Assembly: GCA_964016885.1 (NCBI GenBank)
Contig: OZ024759.1
Span: 13,516,001 to 13,580,000 of the forward strand
Direction of reading: 5' to 3'
From: Eledone cirrhosa
Taxonomy: Eukaryota
DNA length: 64,000 bases
Shown piece by piece: positions 1 through 13,989 of this stretch. The first letter of the stretch is position 1. Every line of letters begins with the position of its first letter. A program made the position numbers and the translations under genes. Under the pieces are notes generated by a model. It did not search any database. It was not told the origin of the DNA and was given only the letters and a program-made list of their open reading frames with translations.

Positions 1-273
1 GCGTCAGTGATGGCAAGTACACCATCATCATTAAGGACACACTTCTCCCCAACAATATCACGGTTTTCCTTGACACATTGCCTAGCAATCCTGAACACCT
101 CACGTTTTTGGTCCTCGCGTTGTAGAACATGGGGGGCAACCCTTAGTTTTGGCGGATGAATTCAGTATGTGTATTATTATTGCAAAATTGCAAAATATCA
201 CAAAACGAATTAAGTTCTCAACAGAATGGTTTTAAAATTAACAAAAGCTATTCATCAATATGTATATATACAT

Positions 274-304
<31 letters not shown>

Positions 305-379
305 CACTCGATAAGGATTATATATATATATATAAAAACTGTAGAGCAAATATTTAATATATATATGTGTGTGTATATA

Positions 380-448
<69 letters not shown>

Positions 449-1194
449 GCAGTAATATATATACACACATGATATAGTAATATATATATATATTTATATA
501 CATACAGTAATATATATATACATGAACTAATATATATACATGCAGCAATATATAAGTGGAGAGATGCTGTGCTGAATAGGACCCGTCCCACTCTTTCAAG
601 GAGAGAAAAGCGGACGTAAAATGATGATGAGATACATGCAGCAATATATATATACATATATATATATAAAAATATGAGAAGAAAGAAGAATACTGCGTGG
701 TTTGCACATGGGTTACATATGATAAAAATAGTCCTTCATCAGTGATTTGCCAACCATCATTGGTATTTCATCGCATTAAAGATCAGATACCTCAGGTTGG
801 TGCGAGCAATAATCTAAAAAAAGTTATTCGGACCAGTAATCGCGTAAAGCGAGGGGGACAAGTGAACAACATAGAAGGATAAAAACAAACCAAAGAAAGG
901 AAATAAACAAGCAACATGGTAGTCCTGGTCAGCATAAGCTGGGTGGATTTCATGAGCGATTAGTACAGACGTCCGACGTGAGTGAGATGGAAGCAAGAAA
1001 AGGCCCACTGTTAGCCAAACGGGAGGAAGTGAGAAGGGGAGAAACAGAGAGTGAGTGAGTGGAAGTGCGAGGAAGCGGTCAGTTGAGAGAAAGTGTAACT
1101 GACAGAGGGGGCGAAAGAAGGTGAGAGAATATATATATATATATATATACATGCAGCAATGTATATATATATACATGCAATAAAAGCATTTACT

Positions 1195-1577
1195 CTACCT
1201 TTGTGCTTCCTTGTCAACATGATGCATTGAAGTATATTTACTGCTGAGTCCTTTTCCATAGTTGATCTTCTTGTTCAGAACACTGGGCAATGATGGTGAT
1301 TGCGGTGGTGGTGGTGATTGCAGCAGTGGTGGGGATTGTGGTGGTGGTGATTGCAGCAGTGGTGGGGATTGTGGTGGGGATGGTTTCTTCGTAGAAACTA
1401 TGCTAGGTCCATGTTTTGTGTGGGCTGCTGTTGGTGTCAGTGTTGTTGTTTTCGCCCTAGCTGTTGCAACAGATCTGACTGTAGGGGAAACTAGGGTTGA
1501 AGCTGAAGCTGATGAGGGAGACAACTTTGTAGGTGGTCTCCCTTTTGGTATCCACTTTGACTTTTGTCTGGAATCAA
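1195..1577 (-). CDS. tmc: Probable last (or penultimate) TMC exon, S/T/P-rich tail
   Basis: tttcaatag acceptor, phase 1 in frame with the previous exon; DSRQKSKWIPKGRPPTKLSPSS...KEAQR*; the TAG overlaps a possible AG|gtagag donor, so the 3' end is uncertain. Confidence 0.7.
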
Positions 1578-1661
1578 CTATTGAAATATATGATACTGAG
1601 TATGAGGTAAAGATCTTTTATTTTGGCTCTTATAAATATAAACACACGCACATACACACAC

Positions 1662-1730
<69 letters not shown>

Positions 1731-2041
1731 ATGTACTTATAAGCCAAAATTAAAAGTTCAAGAAATCTAATCACTGACAATTGTTTCTTCCCACAGGAAT
1801 ATACCATATATATATATATATATAACAAGATGGTGTAGGACAGAACAAAGGAGAGACAAAATAAAAGCCCAGTCACTGACAAGGTCACAGAATGTGTGAC
1901 GAAAGAGCTTTGACAATATATAAACAATCTTCCAGTTATCGAACCAACCAACCAACCAGCAATTTATAATAAATTGAAGTGAAAATCAACAGGTGCATGT
2001 GTTTTTATTGGCAGCATGACCCTCCCAAAGTATAACACTAA

Positions 2042-2103
<62 letters not shown>

Positions 2104-2484
2104 GTGTAGTTCCTGACCTGGATTGAACCACAATCTGGAATTTGTGGTCATAATTCGCTACTATATACATACATATACATCATCATCATCATTTTACGTC
2201 CGCTTTTCCCTGCTTGCAAGGGTGGGACGGGAACTGATTCTGGCTTGATTTCTACAGCTGGATGCCCTACCTAACACCAACCTCATTTACAGTGAGTGCT
2301 GGGTGCTTTTTGCTGTGGCGTCTACATGTCCACTTTGCAGTGGAATGATAGGGAACCCAGTCCTATCATCTCATTTCTACAGCTGAGTAAACTAAAGCAA
2401 TGTGAAATAAAGTGTCTTGCTCAAGGAAACAACACATCACCCGGTCTGAGAATTGAACTCACAACCTTTCGTTGCAAGGCCAAT

Positions 2485-2555
<71 letters not shown>

Positions 2556-2629
2556 TCACACACTCATACACACATATATATATATATATATATGTGTGTG
2601 TATATATATATATATGTATATATATATAT

Positions 2630-3182
2630 GGTCGGGTTGTTGGCGACTAAACTGTCAACCCCACCAAGGTTTCTTGGTGAGGAGGGTGACTTTGGACATC
2701 CTGGAGGACTAAAAGCAAAACCTGTCAAAGGGCAAAGGACCTCTTAAGAGTCAATGGCCATCCAAAATCACCGGGAGAGATGACCCCTTAGCCTTTGTAA
2801 AGGCAGGATTCTAGGAGAAACAAAACTCTGATATAACACCTGCAACTCTGATGGTATCCAATGATGTTGACTTGTTCTTCTTTTTGGTAAATATCATCTT
2901 GGTTAAGAGAGTGGGACTGACTTTGTGCAGTGCCTTTGCTCACTATAAAAGCTTCACGGCACAGGCATTGCTTTATATCTGGAGATCTCTCTTCACTTGT
3001 CGTCACATGGTGCCATGGGCCCAGCACTGTGTGTCATTAATTGTCACAAGTGTAGTGTTTGTACCAGAGTTTTCAAGTCGCTGGCTGGACTAAAAAGTCA
3101 CACTTTTTTAGCGCATCGGTAGAGGTTCTCCTACATGGATATAAAGTAGTGGTCATACTCGAAAACGAGTTGGCAGCCACCA
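2630..3182 (+). mobile_element. ~550-bp non-coding repeat, probable bipartite RTE derivative (copies 22000-22457, 22760-23232; relative 23257-23582)
   Basis: near-identical dispersed copies; RTE-5'UTR-like tctaggagaa..aaaactctga motif; 3' stem plus (TGTA)n tail; no coding capacity. Confidence 0.7.
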
Positions 3183-3647
3183 TGTATGTATATATATATA
3201 TATGCATGTATGTATGTATATATGTGTGTGTGTGTGTGTGTTTAATAAAGCTATCAGACCCTACTATGGTATTAATTACTTATTCTTGTGATCATCAATA
3301 CTAAATGGATACATACATATATATAAACATATATATATATATATATATATACATATATATATTGAGCTCTGCCATTGGGGTCATACATTTTCCTATTACC
3401 CACTCTACCACCCTAAGTATTGAGTACTCTGGTGCGTTATGGTCCATCTGGTTCCTTACCACAACTCCTTCATTATATATACATATATATACACATATAT
3501 ACATGTGTATGAGTCCCGGGTTCAATCAATCGGGTTGGGTGGGGTGACCACAGTTAGAAATGTATTCAATACATTAGTTGAATATAAACATCATGTTTAG
3601 AATGAAACAGTTCTAGTCCTGTAGAAGCCATTCCTATATTAAACATG

Positions 3648-3687
<40 letters not shown>

Positions 3688-3689
3688 CT

Positions 3690-5970
3690 TACTAGAGGCG
3701 ACGGATGAGGTCTGTGGCTGGAGTAAGACCACAAGCAGGAGGAGAGTGACTTGGTGGTGGAACAATAAGGTAGATGAGGCAGTTAAGGCCAAGAGACAGG
3801 CATGGTAAGAATGGAAGAACGGGGGGAGCAGGGTAAATTACATAGAGACCAAGAGGGAAGCTAGGCGACAAGTATACTTAACTAGGAAACTAGGAGGGAA
3901 GCAGAGGATAGAAAATTCAAGCATGTTTTGCAATGTGAGGACCAGAAACAATTGCGAGGCAGTGTGTCAGAGAGAATTGTGATGTCATTGGAGAGAAGTG
4001 TATCCGGAATGATAAAGGTGAGCTTGCCCTCACAAGTGCTGAGAAGAAAGATGCATGGAAGAGCCATTATGATAGATTACTAAATGAGGAGAATGCATGG
4101 GAAGAAGAGAGCCTACCCCAAGTAGACCCTATAGAGGGGCCCTATAGAGTCAGCAGCAGCGTAGTAAGTAAGGCAATCAAAGATATGAAGATGGGGAAGG
4201 CAACCGGTCCATCGGGTATAGCTGCCGAGATGCTGAAGGCATCTGGGTCTGTAGGTCACACTATAACCACACGTATTGTTAACCAGGTAATACTAGAAGG
4301 TGTCATACCAAAAAATTGGTGCAGTAGCATCATTGTCAACTGCTACAAAGGTAAAGGTGATGCACTAGATAGAGGAAACTATAGAGGTATAAAGCTGACC
4401 AGAGGCACCACTGATGCCCTCTTCCTTGTCAGGCAGTTATAGGAAAAGAACCTAGCTAAAAGTAAGCCACTCTACCTGGCATTCATCGATCTCGAGAAAG
4501 CCTTTGACAGAGTTCCACGTGCTGTAATCTGGTGGGATCTTAGAAAACTAGGAGTAGATGAATGGCTTGTGAAAGCTGTACAAGCCATGTATAGGGGAGC
4601 AGTCAGCAAAGTTAGGATTAGCAATGAGTATAGCGAGGAATTTAGCGTACAGGTTGGTGTCCACCAGGGCTCTGTTCTTAGCCCTCTCCTGTTCATCATA
4701 GTCCTGCAGGCAATAACGGAGGAGTTTAAGACCGGATGCCCATGGGAACTCCTGTATGCTGATGACCTCGCACTTATAGCTGAATCTATGGTAGAACTAG
4801 AGAAGAAATTCCAAACTTGGAAGCAGGGACTAGAAAGAAAGGGTCTCAAAGTCAACATGACAAAGACTAAGGTCCTTGTAAGTAGATGAGAAAACAGAAC
4901 CCAGATCCCCTCAGGGAAATAGCCTTGCTCAGTATGTAGGAAAGGTGTAGGTAGGAACTCCATTCTCTGTCCCAAATGCAAACAATGGGTACACAAGAGA
5001 TGTAGCGGGATCTCAGGAAGCTTAATTAAGAATGTAGGCTTCACATGCAGCAGCTGTGCTGGAACAGCAAGCAGCAAACAGCCACAGGAAACCAGTACTA
5101 TCAATCTCTGGGAGGGCTCTGTAGAAACAGTAGACAGCTTCTGCTACCTAGGTGACCGAATTAGCAGCGGAGGTGGGTGTTCAGAAAGTACAATAACTAG
5201 GGTAAGAACAGGATGGAAGAAGTTCAGGGAACTACTGCCACTGCTAGCTGCAAAAGGCTTCTACCTCAAAATGAAAGGCAGACTGTATGATGCGTGTATC
5301 CGAACAGCAATGTTACATGGTAGTGAGACCTGGGCGCTGAAGGTGGAAGACTTGCGTAGATTAGAAAGAAACAACGCCTGCATGCTCTGATGGATGTGTA
5401 ATAGTAATATACGTGAACGACAAAGCATAAATGAATTGAGAGAGAGACTGAGCATAAGAGGAAGCAAATGCTGTGTGCAGGAGAGGCGGTTGCATTGGTA
5501 TGGACATCTGATGTGTATGAAGGATGACAGCTGCATAAAAAGGTGCAGAGCACTAGAGTCAATGGAAACCGCGGAGTGGGGAGACCCAAGAAGACCTGGG
5601 ATGAGGTGATAAAAGCCGACCTTACCCAATTACACCTCTCAAAGGCGATGACACATGACCGTGACCTCTGGCGTCACGCAGTAATACAGAGTACCCGACC
5701 TCCCATGGCTACAAGCTGAAGCATATAGACAATATGCCCCCACACCCTCCCACTGCAAGGTGGTCGTGGAGGTGCCACGGCAAAAAAGCACCCAGCCCAC
5801 ACTGTAAAGTGGACGTGTAGGCACCACGGAAAAAGCACCCAGCACTCACTGTAAATGAGGTTGGTGTTAGGAAGGGCATCCAGCTGTAGAAATCAAGCCA
5901 GAATCAGTTCCCGTCTCACCCTTGCAAGCAGGGAAAAAGCGAACGTAAAATGAAATGAAAATGAAATGAA
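3690..5970 (+). mobile_element. 5'-truncated, degraded RTE LINE
   Basis: RT fragments ([12 protein letters not shown]) with stops and frameshifts; homologous to 46090-48200; 3' tail (AAATG)n. Confidence 0.92.
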
Positions 5971-6395
5971 TATATATAAAGCTGAAGGAAGAAATTCCGA
6001 GCTCTTTATAACACAGTAAAGAGAGAAAAACACATATATATGTGTGTTCAAATCATAAGGGGATGGATCATCATCATCATCATCATCATCAACGTTTAAC
6101 GTCCGTGTTCCACGCTTGCATGGGTTTGGACGGGGGTAGTCCCACTTGAGGCAAGAGTGATTGTCTTGCTCGCATAGGACTGTCTGGCAGGTTTTCTACA
6201 GTTGGATGCCCTTCCTAACACCAACCACATTTACAGTGTGGGTCTGGGAGGTTTTTACCGTGTTGCCTACACGGCCACATTACAGCGTGGACTGTGTGTT
6301 TTTTTGTCGTGACACCATGTTTTTATAAATATAGTTTCCATTTGTTAATATCGTATATGTATATATATATATTTAGTCTTCAAATTTATTATTAT

Positions 6396-6434
<39 letters not shown>

Positions 6435-6694
6435 CTTTATGATATATATACATACACACACACATATATATATATATATATAGTAATAATAATAAATTTG
6501 AAGACTAAAATCCAAAGATATATATAGAGATATTTAGGCAGATGCTGGTATAGATAAACAATACAAATAGACAAGATAATTATCATGAGAGGAATGTGAA
6601 GGCTGCGACAATATATATTTACATCCTGTAATTGGGGCCCCGGATAGAACATAAGGAGTGTTTTGGTACTAGAGATCATTTCCATATAGAGTAG

Positions 6695-6746
<52 letters not shown>

Positions 6747-7047
6747 CATACATCCAGTGCTAGCATAAGCACACACATATATAAATATATATATGAGTGC
6801 TGCAACTCGATATAGAGTAATGTCATTGCTTGATACTTAAGCATCACCATATGTATACTCACACACACACATACAGATATCTATCTATCTATATATATAT
6901 ATATATATATATGTAGATAAATCTACCAAAAGTTTACGGTAGTGTCCAATCCGTATGAAGAACTCAATGTAATCCGGATATCATGAAAAGAAGAGATGCA
7001 TTCAAAAATCACTTTCGGTGAAAGATAAACGTAAAATAATGAACTTT

Positions 7048-7205
7048 TTTTTGTTTAATATAAGGAACTGTTTCTTTGTTTATTATAAGGAACTGTTTCT
7101 TTGTTTAATATAAGGAACTGTTTCTTTGTTTAATATAAGGAACTGTTTCTTTGTTTAATATAAGGAACTTTTTTTGTTTAATATAAGGAACTGTTTCTTT
7201 GTTTA
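7048..7205. repeat. 25-bp tandem repeat, ~6 copies
   Basis: ttgtttaatataaggaactgtttct repeated. Confidence 0.9.
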
Positions 7206-7226
7206 TTCATTATTATTTTTTTAATA

Positions 7227-7279
<53 letters not shown>

Positions 7280-7605
7280 CACACACACACACTGGCAACT
7301 ACTGGCTCTGGCCGCCTTCAAGTCTTAAACATTTCTCTCCACTTTTCAGCCCCTAGGATTGTGTCTACCATTATTATATTCCTTGAAAGGACGGTGGATT
7401 GGCAGTATCGGTGGACGTCTTGGCAGTATCAGTAGAGGGTCGGACGCCATGCTTTGCAGCAAAGAGTTACGGCCCTTGTCATTCTGAGTTCAAATCCTAC
7501 CGAGGTTAACTTTGCCTTTCAGTACCAGTAATGCGCTGGGATAATTGCTGGCCTTGTGCCAAAAGTAGAAACAATTATTATATTCCTTTATTAGATAAAT
7601 TTCTT

Positions 7606-7657
7606 AACACCTGATGATGTTCCTACAGAGCCCGGTCATTGAAATATGCATAGTGTT
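7606..7657 (+). ncRNA. Minimal type-I hammerhead, stem II decayed
   Basis: aacac-CTGATGA-...-GAAA-tatgca-TA-gtgtt. Confidence 0.6.
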
Positions 7658-7673
7658 TGTAATAAATCTTTAA

Positions 7674-7871
7674 CCCTTTAATGTTCAAACCGGCCAGAAT
7701 TCTCTACTCTTTCTGTTGAAACTGGCTATAACTGGTCACTCAAACTGATGTTAAGGTATTGTTTTCAAAATAAATACTTTCAAAATCTCATAGATTCGAT
7801 ATTATGTGAGGTAAAGCCTTTACCATGAACATATAATAGTATATATATAGAGTAATGTGAATGGTAAAGGG
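7674..7871 (+). mobile_element. piggyBac-type MITE (~200 bp)
   Basis: TTAA TSD on both sides, CCCTTTA/TAAAGGG termini; other copies at ~11585-11952, 36030-36365, 41443-41850. Confidence 0.85.
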
Positions 7872-8254
7872 TTAAGGAATTTCACCAGTCCAGCCTCCTG
7901 TCATTTTACTCAATAATTATATATATATGGGCCTTCCAATTTCATTTTACATTATATAATGTCTTTTTAATTATCTTTTTAATTATTTTAAAATTATTTT
8001 TAAGTGAATGTAATCCAACAGGTTACAGGTGGTCTAATATATATATATAAACATATAAAACAATCACAGGGAATAATTTGTAAATTATTTGTAAATATTC
8101 CCTGTGATTGTTTCATATGTTTATAATATATATATCAATCTATTTCTAGTTGATATGTAATGCTCGGATCTATTCATTGGAATCTTTGAGCTTATTCTAC
8201 AGTGGATATGGCGCATGTCTCTCAGACATGACAACCCTTAATTTTAATTTTGGA

Positions 8255-8650
8255 TATATAATAATGAAATTATTGTGTAAAGTGCTCAGGTACACTACAA
8301 CTCGTCAAAGGTGTATGTATAGTACATAGAATAATACACAAATGTCAGGGAAGTGAACAGTGTCATGGTATACATGTGTGTATGTGTATGGAGGGGGAAC
8401 ATTAGGTGTAGTGTTGGCGGATCTCGGGAAGCATGGAGGCCTTAACGGATGCAGTGTCTCGACAGCTAACAACTGATGAAGGTAGTTTGTTCCATGCTTC
8501 AGCAACTCTGAGTGTGAAAAAATGTTTCAGAAAGTCATGGGAACTGTGCTGTTTTCTGACTTTGTGGGCATGTCCACGTGTGTTAGACACATGGAAATCA
8601 AAAAGGTACTCAGGGTTGTTGTTGGCAACATGGCTAACAATTATATATAT
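8255..8650 (-). mobile_element. CR1-clade LINE 3' end
   Basis: NTRGHAHKVRK...HFFTLRVAEAWNKLPSSVV is the typical CR1 ORF2 C-terminus. Confidence 0.8.
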
Positions 8651-9772
8651 ATAGAATAGAATGAAACGAAATTTCATTTCTCACTCTTAGTACGGCAGTT
8701 ACTTAAATGTAAGTATGTATGTATGTAAGTATGTATGTATGTATACATACATACATATATGTATACACGCGTACAGTAGTATGTATATATATACATACAT
8801 GCACACATATATATATGCACATATCGGTTTACCGAACATTTATTATAATGCTCAGTTTGTTTGTAAACAAACAAACAGCCCGAATTACTCCGTACAGTGT
8901 TTAGGCAACCACGTCACCTTTTTGTTCAACACTGACTGAACTCACTCAACGTTCAACTAAACTCACTCGATATGCAAATTAGGCTGCTCAGCCGTTAATA
9001 TGCATAAGGAAAGTATATACTTTCAGACGTTCAACCATATGGCAGGGAGGTATACGATGCTGACGATAGCTAATAAGCTTGAAACTAGTACATCGTTCCT
9101 TTGTCAGTGTTGAACAAAAAGGTGACGTCGTTGTCTAAAAACTGTACGGCATAATTCGGGCTGTTTGTTTGTTTATAGACAAACCGAGCATTATAATAAA
9201 TGTTCGGTAAACCGATACGTGCATATATATGTGTGTGCATGTATGTATATATATACATATTACTGTACGTCTGTATACATATATGTGTGTACGTATACAT
9301 ACATACTTACATATATATATATATATATACATACATACCTAAATGTAGACGTACATGCATCCACTCATACATATATGTACATACATAAACATATACATAC
9401 ATCCTCTCATACACACGCACACATATATACATACATAAATGTATACATACATACCACCACTCATACATATACACTCATATACAGATATCTATATGCATAT
9501 GTACATAATGGCTGCCCCCTCGTTATCGAGTATGGTCATTGCACGAAATAAAAACAAAAAAAAACAAACAATATAATAGTAATAATAGAAAAAAAAATAT
9601 ATATATATATATACATTGTTATACTTTGGGAGGGTCATTTTGCCAATAAGAAACACACGCCCCAGTTGCTTTCACTCCAATTTATTAAAAACTAAATTTA
9701 TAAATTTAAGAATTTATAAATTTCCGGTTGGTTGGTTGGTTGGTTCCACAACCGGACGGTTGTTTATATATT

Positions 9773-9815
9773 GTCAAAGTTCTTTCGTCACACATTCTGT
9801 GACCTCTTCAGTGAC
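9773..9815 (-). ncRNA. Minimal hammerhead (homologous copies 1872-1914, 21295-21337, 50276-50318 on plus)
   Basis: gtca-CTGAAGA-g-gtcaca gaatg tgtgac-GAAA-gaac-TT-tgac. Confidence 0.7.
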
Positions 9816-10303
9816 TGGGGATTCTTTTCTTTGTTTTGTGCCTCTCCTTTGTTCTGTCCTATGCCATCTTGTTTTTGTGTGTGACCCTCCCAAAGTATAA
9901 CAATATCGTTTTCAACAGACGTTTTCAGATAAAGAATCTTGCTAAACAAATTCAGAAACGAAATATATATATATACACATACACACATGCACACAGACGC
10001 ATACATACACACATACACAGGCATACATATATACACACACAATAACAATTAACATATCTACATACATACATACATATATACATATATTCACATAGGCATA
10101 CACCCAGTGATATTTGACATTCCAGCTGTGACCATCCCATCGTTTATTCTGTCAAAGTGTACCAAGGACTACATTATCTGATGTTTATGTTTTTTTTTTT
10201 TTTGTTTCTTTCTAGGACAGTAGATAGTGATTTGAAAGAAATTTAGTCTTGCTATTTCTAGCAGTTGTATCAGCCATGTAGAAGTTCTCTTGTTAGTTTA
10301 GGC

Positions 10304-10839
10304 CAGAGGTTCTCAAAACTTTTGGGCCACTGCCACCCCTCACAGCCACATAATACCCTCAACACCCCCAACCCTATTTCCAGAGAGACCTGCCTGTAAA
10401 TAATATATAATAAATAAAATCGTTAATTTATGTATAATAAATAATATAATATATACTATGTATAAATAAATATATATTTTTTATTTTACTATATTTATAT
10501 ATAATATGTATCATTTGATATTTAACCCTTTAATATTTATATTACTCTATATGTACTATTATATATTCACAGTAAAGGCTTTACCTCACATAATATCGAA
10601 TCTATGAGATTTTGATATTATTTATTTTGAGAACAATACTTTAACATCAGCATGAGTGGCCAGTTATGACCAGTTTGAACAGAAAGAGGCGAGAGAATTC
10701 TGATCGGATATGGCTGGTTTAAATGCTAAAGGGTGAAAATACTATTATATCACCTCTACCGCCCCCTTAGGCCACAGCACCCCTAGGACCTTCTCAAAGC
10801 CTCCCCAGGGGGTGGTAGCACCCATTTTGAGAACCTCTG
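10304..10839. mobile_element. hAT (Charlie-like) MITE
   Basis: TIRs cagaggttctcaaaa / ttttgagaacctctg; 8-bp TSD gtttaggc / atttaggc. Confidence 0.85.
10526..10733 (-). mobile_element. piggyBac-type MITE nested in the hAT MITE
   Basis: TTAA|CCCTTTA...TAAAGGG|TGAA; reverse complement of 7674-7871. Confidence 0.8.
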
Positions 10840-10862
10840 ATTTAGGCCCTGTTTTATCTCAC

Positions 10863-10949
10863 CTTGTGTAATTCTTGCTTGTTGTTCCAATTTCTCAGAA
10901 TCCAGGATGATTGGAGTTTCTCCAGCTTTTATCACTTGCAGTGCCACAC
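10863..10949 (-). CDS. tmc: TMC gene C-terminal tail exon, VALQVIKAGETPIILDSEKLEQQARITQ
   Basis: cttcctctag acceptor, AAG|gtgaga donor; 87 nt, phase 1-1, open. Confidence 0.78.
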
Positions 10950-12277
10950 CTAGAGGAAGCAATAATAAGTAAAACAGTGGATTAGCAGAATCGGTAGAGC
11001 GTCGGACAACATACTTCACAGCATATAATTATATCCCTTTAAGTTCCAACCTAAGTGGGATTTGAACTTGGAACCTTTAAGTTCCAAGTTCAAATCCCAC
11101 TTAGGTTAGCTTTACCTTTCAACCTTCAGGGTTTGATGAAATTAAGTACCAGTAATGCACTGGGGTAGATTTGATCGATTTTCCCCTCCCCTAAAATTGT
11201 TGGCCTTGTGCCTAAATCAGAAACATTTATTTACTGTATAAATAACTTATTTTATTTAATATTTAAAAAAAAATTATTTGTACATTTTAATATTGATTTC
11301 TGATTTAAACACACAGTCAGCAAATTTTTTGGGGGGAGGGTCATGGGATTCCTCCAAAGGGTCTTTGGAGTAACGTTACTCGATAGAGTACATAGTTCAG
11401 AGATCAGAGAGTAACTCCAGGTAGAGCCGCTACTTCTCTGAATTGAGAGATCACAGCTCTGATACTATGGACATGTGTTTAGAATGTCTCAGGAAAGAAC
11501 CGCTAGACAGATCTTACAGGCAAAACCAACTGGTAGGAGACCCAGGGGTAGATCCTGAGCAAGATGGTTAGATAACATACAATATTAAAATCTCATAGGT
11601 TCAATATTATGTGAGACAATTATGTAAGATAAAGCCTTTACCATGAAACTATAATAGTGAAAATATAATATATAGAGTAATGTAAATGTTATGTGAGGTA
11701 AAGCCTTTACTGTGAAAATACAATAGTATATATAGAGTAATGTAAATATTATGTGAGGTAAAGCCTTTACTGTGAAAATACAATAGTATATATAGAGTAA
11801 TGTAAATGTTATGTAAGGTGAGGTAAAGCCTTTACTGTGAAAATACAATAGTATAAGTAAAGTAAATGTTATTTGAGATATTATGTGAGGTAAAGCCTTT
11901 ACCATGAAAATACGATAGTAAATATTGAGTAATGTAAATGGTAAAGGGTTAACAGTGGCACTAACATAGAGTGGTCCATAATAGAATATACAATAGGTAC
12001 ACTCAAGATGCTTTGAGACTTTGTCTTTTCCGGCACTTTTAGTTGATCTGCGTAACTGTCACTCTAATACATCCTTGATATAATTTTTGAGGCAAGCCAG
12101 CATACTCGTAACGTTACTTTGGGTGATGGCAAGCTGCTGCTGAGGAACAACCAAGCAGATAAGAACCTCAGAGTCAGTAGCCCGACTCCCCCAAATGTCT
12201 CGAACCCCACAGGCTGGAAAAAGAGAGTTGGCCGACAGATAACAGTATTTCAGGATTTTGTTCTGTTCAATACTTAC

Positions 12278-12442
12278 TGTGAAATCTTTTCTGGAGATCT
12301 ACTTCTGTTGTGTCTCTTCTAGGAGTTACCGCCCTTGCAATCGTTTCTGTTAAATTAGTCGGTTCACTAGCCTGAGCAGGAATTACCTCCCTTGCAGTGA
12401 TTTCTGCTAAATTGGTCGGTTCACCAGCCTGACATCTTTTGG
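12278..12442 (-). CDS. tmc: TMC gene C-terminal tail exon with internal 19-aa duplication
   Basis: ttaattacag acceptor, gtaagt donor; 165 nt, phase 1-1, open; QAGEPTNLAEITAREVIPA / QASEPTNLTETIARAVTP. Confidence 0.8.
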
Positions 12443-12589
12443 CTGTAATTAAGAGAAAAATAACGAAGTATTTCATATGACCAAATAAGGAGAGCGTGTA
12501 GTATTGTCTGGGGACAAACTGTGGTGTTTGTCAGACCTTAAACAATGGAACTACTCCAAATAAATGACCTCCATTCACAACACGTAAAT

Positions 12590-13620
12590 ATAGACATACA
12601 CACACACATACATACATACACATACACAACATACACACATACATACACAACACATATACACACATACATACACATACACAATACATACACACATAGACAA
12701 CACATACACTAACATACACAGATAAACATCACACACACATAGACAACACACAGACATACACACGTGCACACACATACATGTACACAACACACACATACAT
12801 GTACACACACATACAGACATACATAACATACAGACAGACATACACATCACAACATACATACATACACAACACAACATACACAACATAGACATACACAACA
12901 CACACAACATACAGACATACACAACACAACATACACAACACAATATACAGACATACACAACATACAGACATACACAACACAACATACAGACATACACAAC
13001 ACAATATACAGACATACACAACACAACATACAGACATACACAACACAATATACAGACATACACATCACAACAAACACAACACAACATACACAACACAACA
13101 TACAGACATACACAACACAACATACATACATACACAACACAACACAACACATACATACCCAATACAACATACAGACATACACAACATACATACATACACA
13201 ACACAACATACAGACATACACAACACAACATACATACATACACAACACAACATACAGACATACACAACACAACATACAGACATACACAACACAACATACA
13301 GACATACACAACACAACATACAGACATACACAACACAACATACAGACATACACAATACAACATACAGACATACACAATACAACACACAGACATACACAAC
13401 ACAACATACACAATACAACACACAGACATACACAACACAACATACACAATACAACACACAGACATACACAACACAACATACACAACACAACATACACAAT
13501 ACAACACACATACATACACATCACAACAAACACACACCATACACATCACAGCATACACATCACAACAAACACATCACAACATACACATCACAACACAACA
13601 CATCACAACACACAGACAAG
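12590..13620. repeat. Complex CA-rich minisatellite (~22-bp acacaacacaacatacagacat)
   Basis: direct reading; source of the spurious Cys/Val/Tyr ORFs. Confidence 0.9.
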
Positions 13621-13645
13621 GTAAACACTATCTAAAATATCTTAC

Positions 13646-13688
13646 CATCAGCCATGGCATAAACCTTTTTTTTACCTTCCGTTCTTTC
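13646..13688 (-). CDS. tmc: TMC gene micro-exon, ERTEGKKKVYAMAD
   Basis: tttttcag acceptor, G|gtaaga donor; 43 nt, phase 0 to 1; ERTE..K motif recalled from invertebrate TMCs. Confidence 0.88.
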
Positions 13689-13989
13689 CTGAAAAATAAA
13701 ACAATCATAACAAAAAAAGAACAAAACCTTAATAATAATTTTTCTATTTTGGCACAAGGCCAGCAATTACCCAGTGCATTACTGGTACTTTATGATTTCT
13801 TTATCAGCCACACGGGGTTCACATTAAGGAAACATTAAAGACAGTACAGGACGATACAGTGTGGGGTTTTTTGGTGTAAAATAGTTTAAGAAAATAAACA
13901 TTTAAAAAACAAACATAACAAATTCACCAATAGGGGGAGACTTCTGAGGGTCATTTGTGGAGAAAGTCCACAAAAACCATGGTCACTTG

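Noticed and set aside
1262-1669. Gly/Cys-rich plus-strand ORF
   Set aside because: Antisense shadow of the Pro/Ser-rich TMC exon
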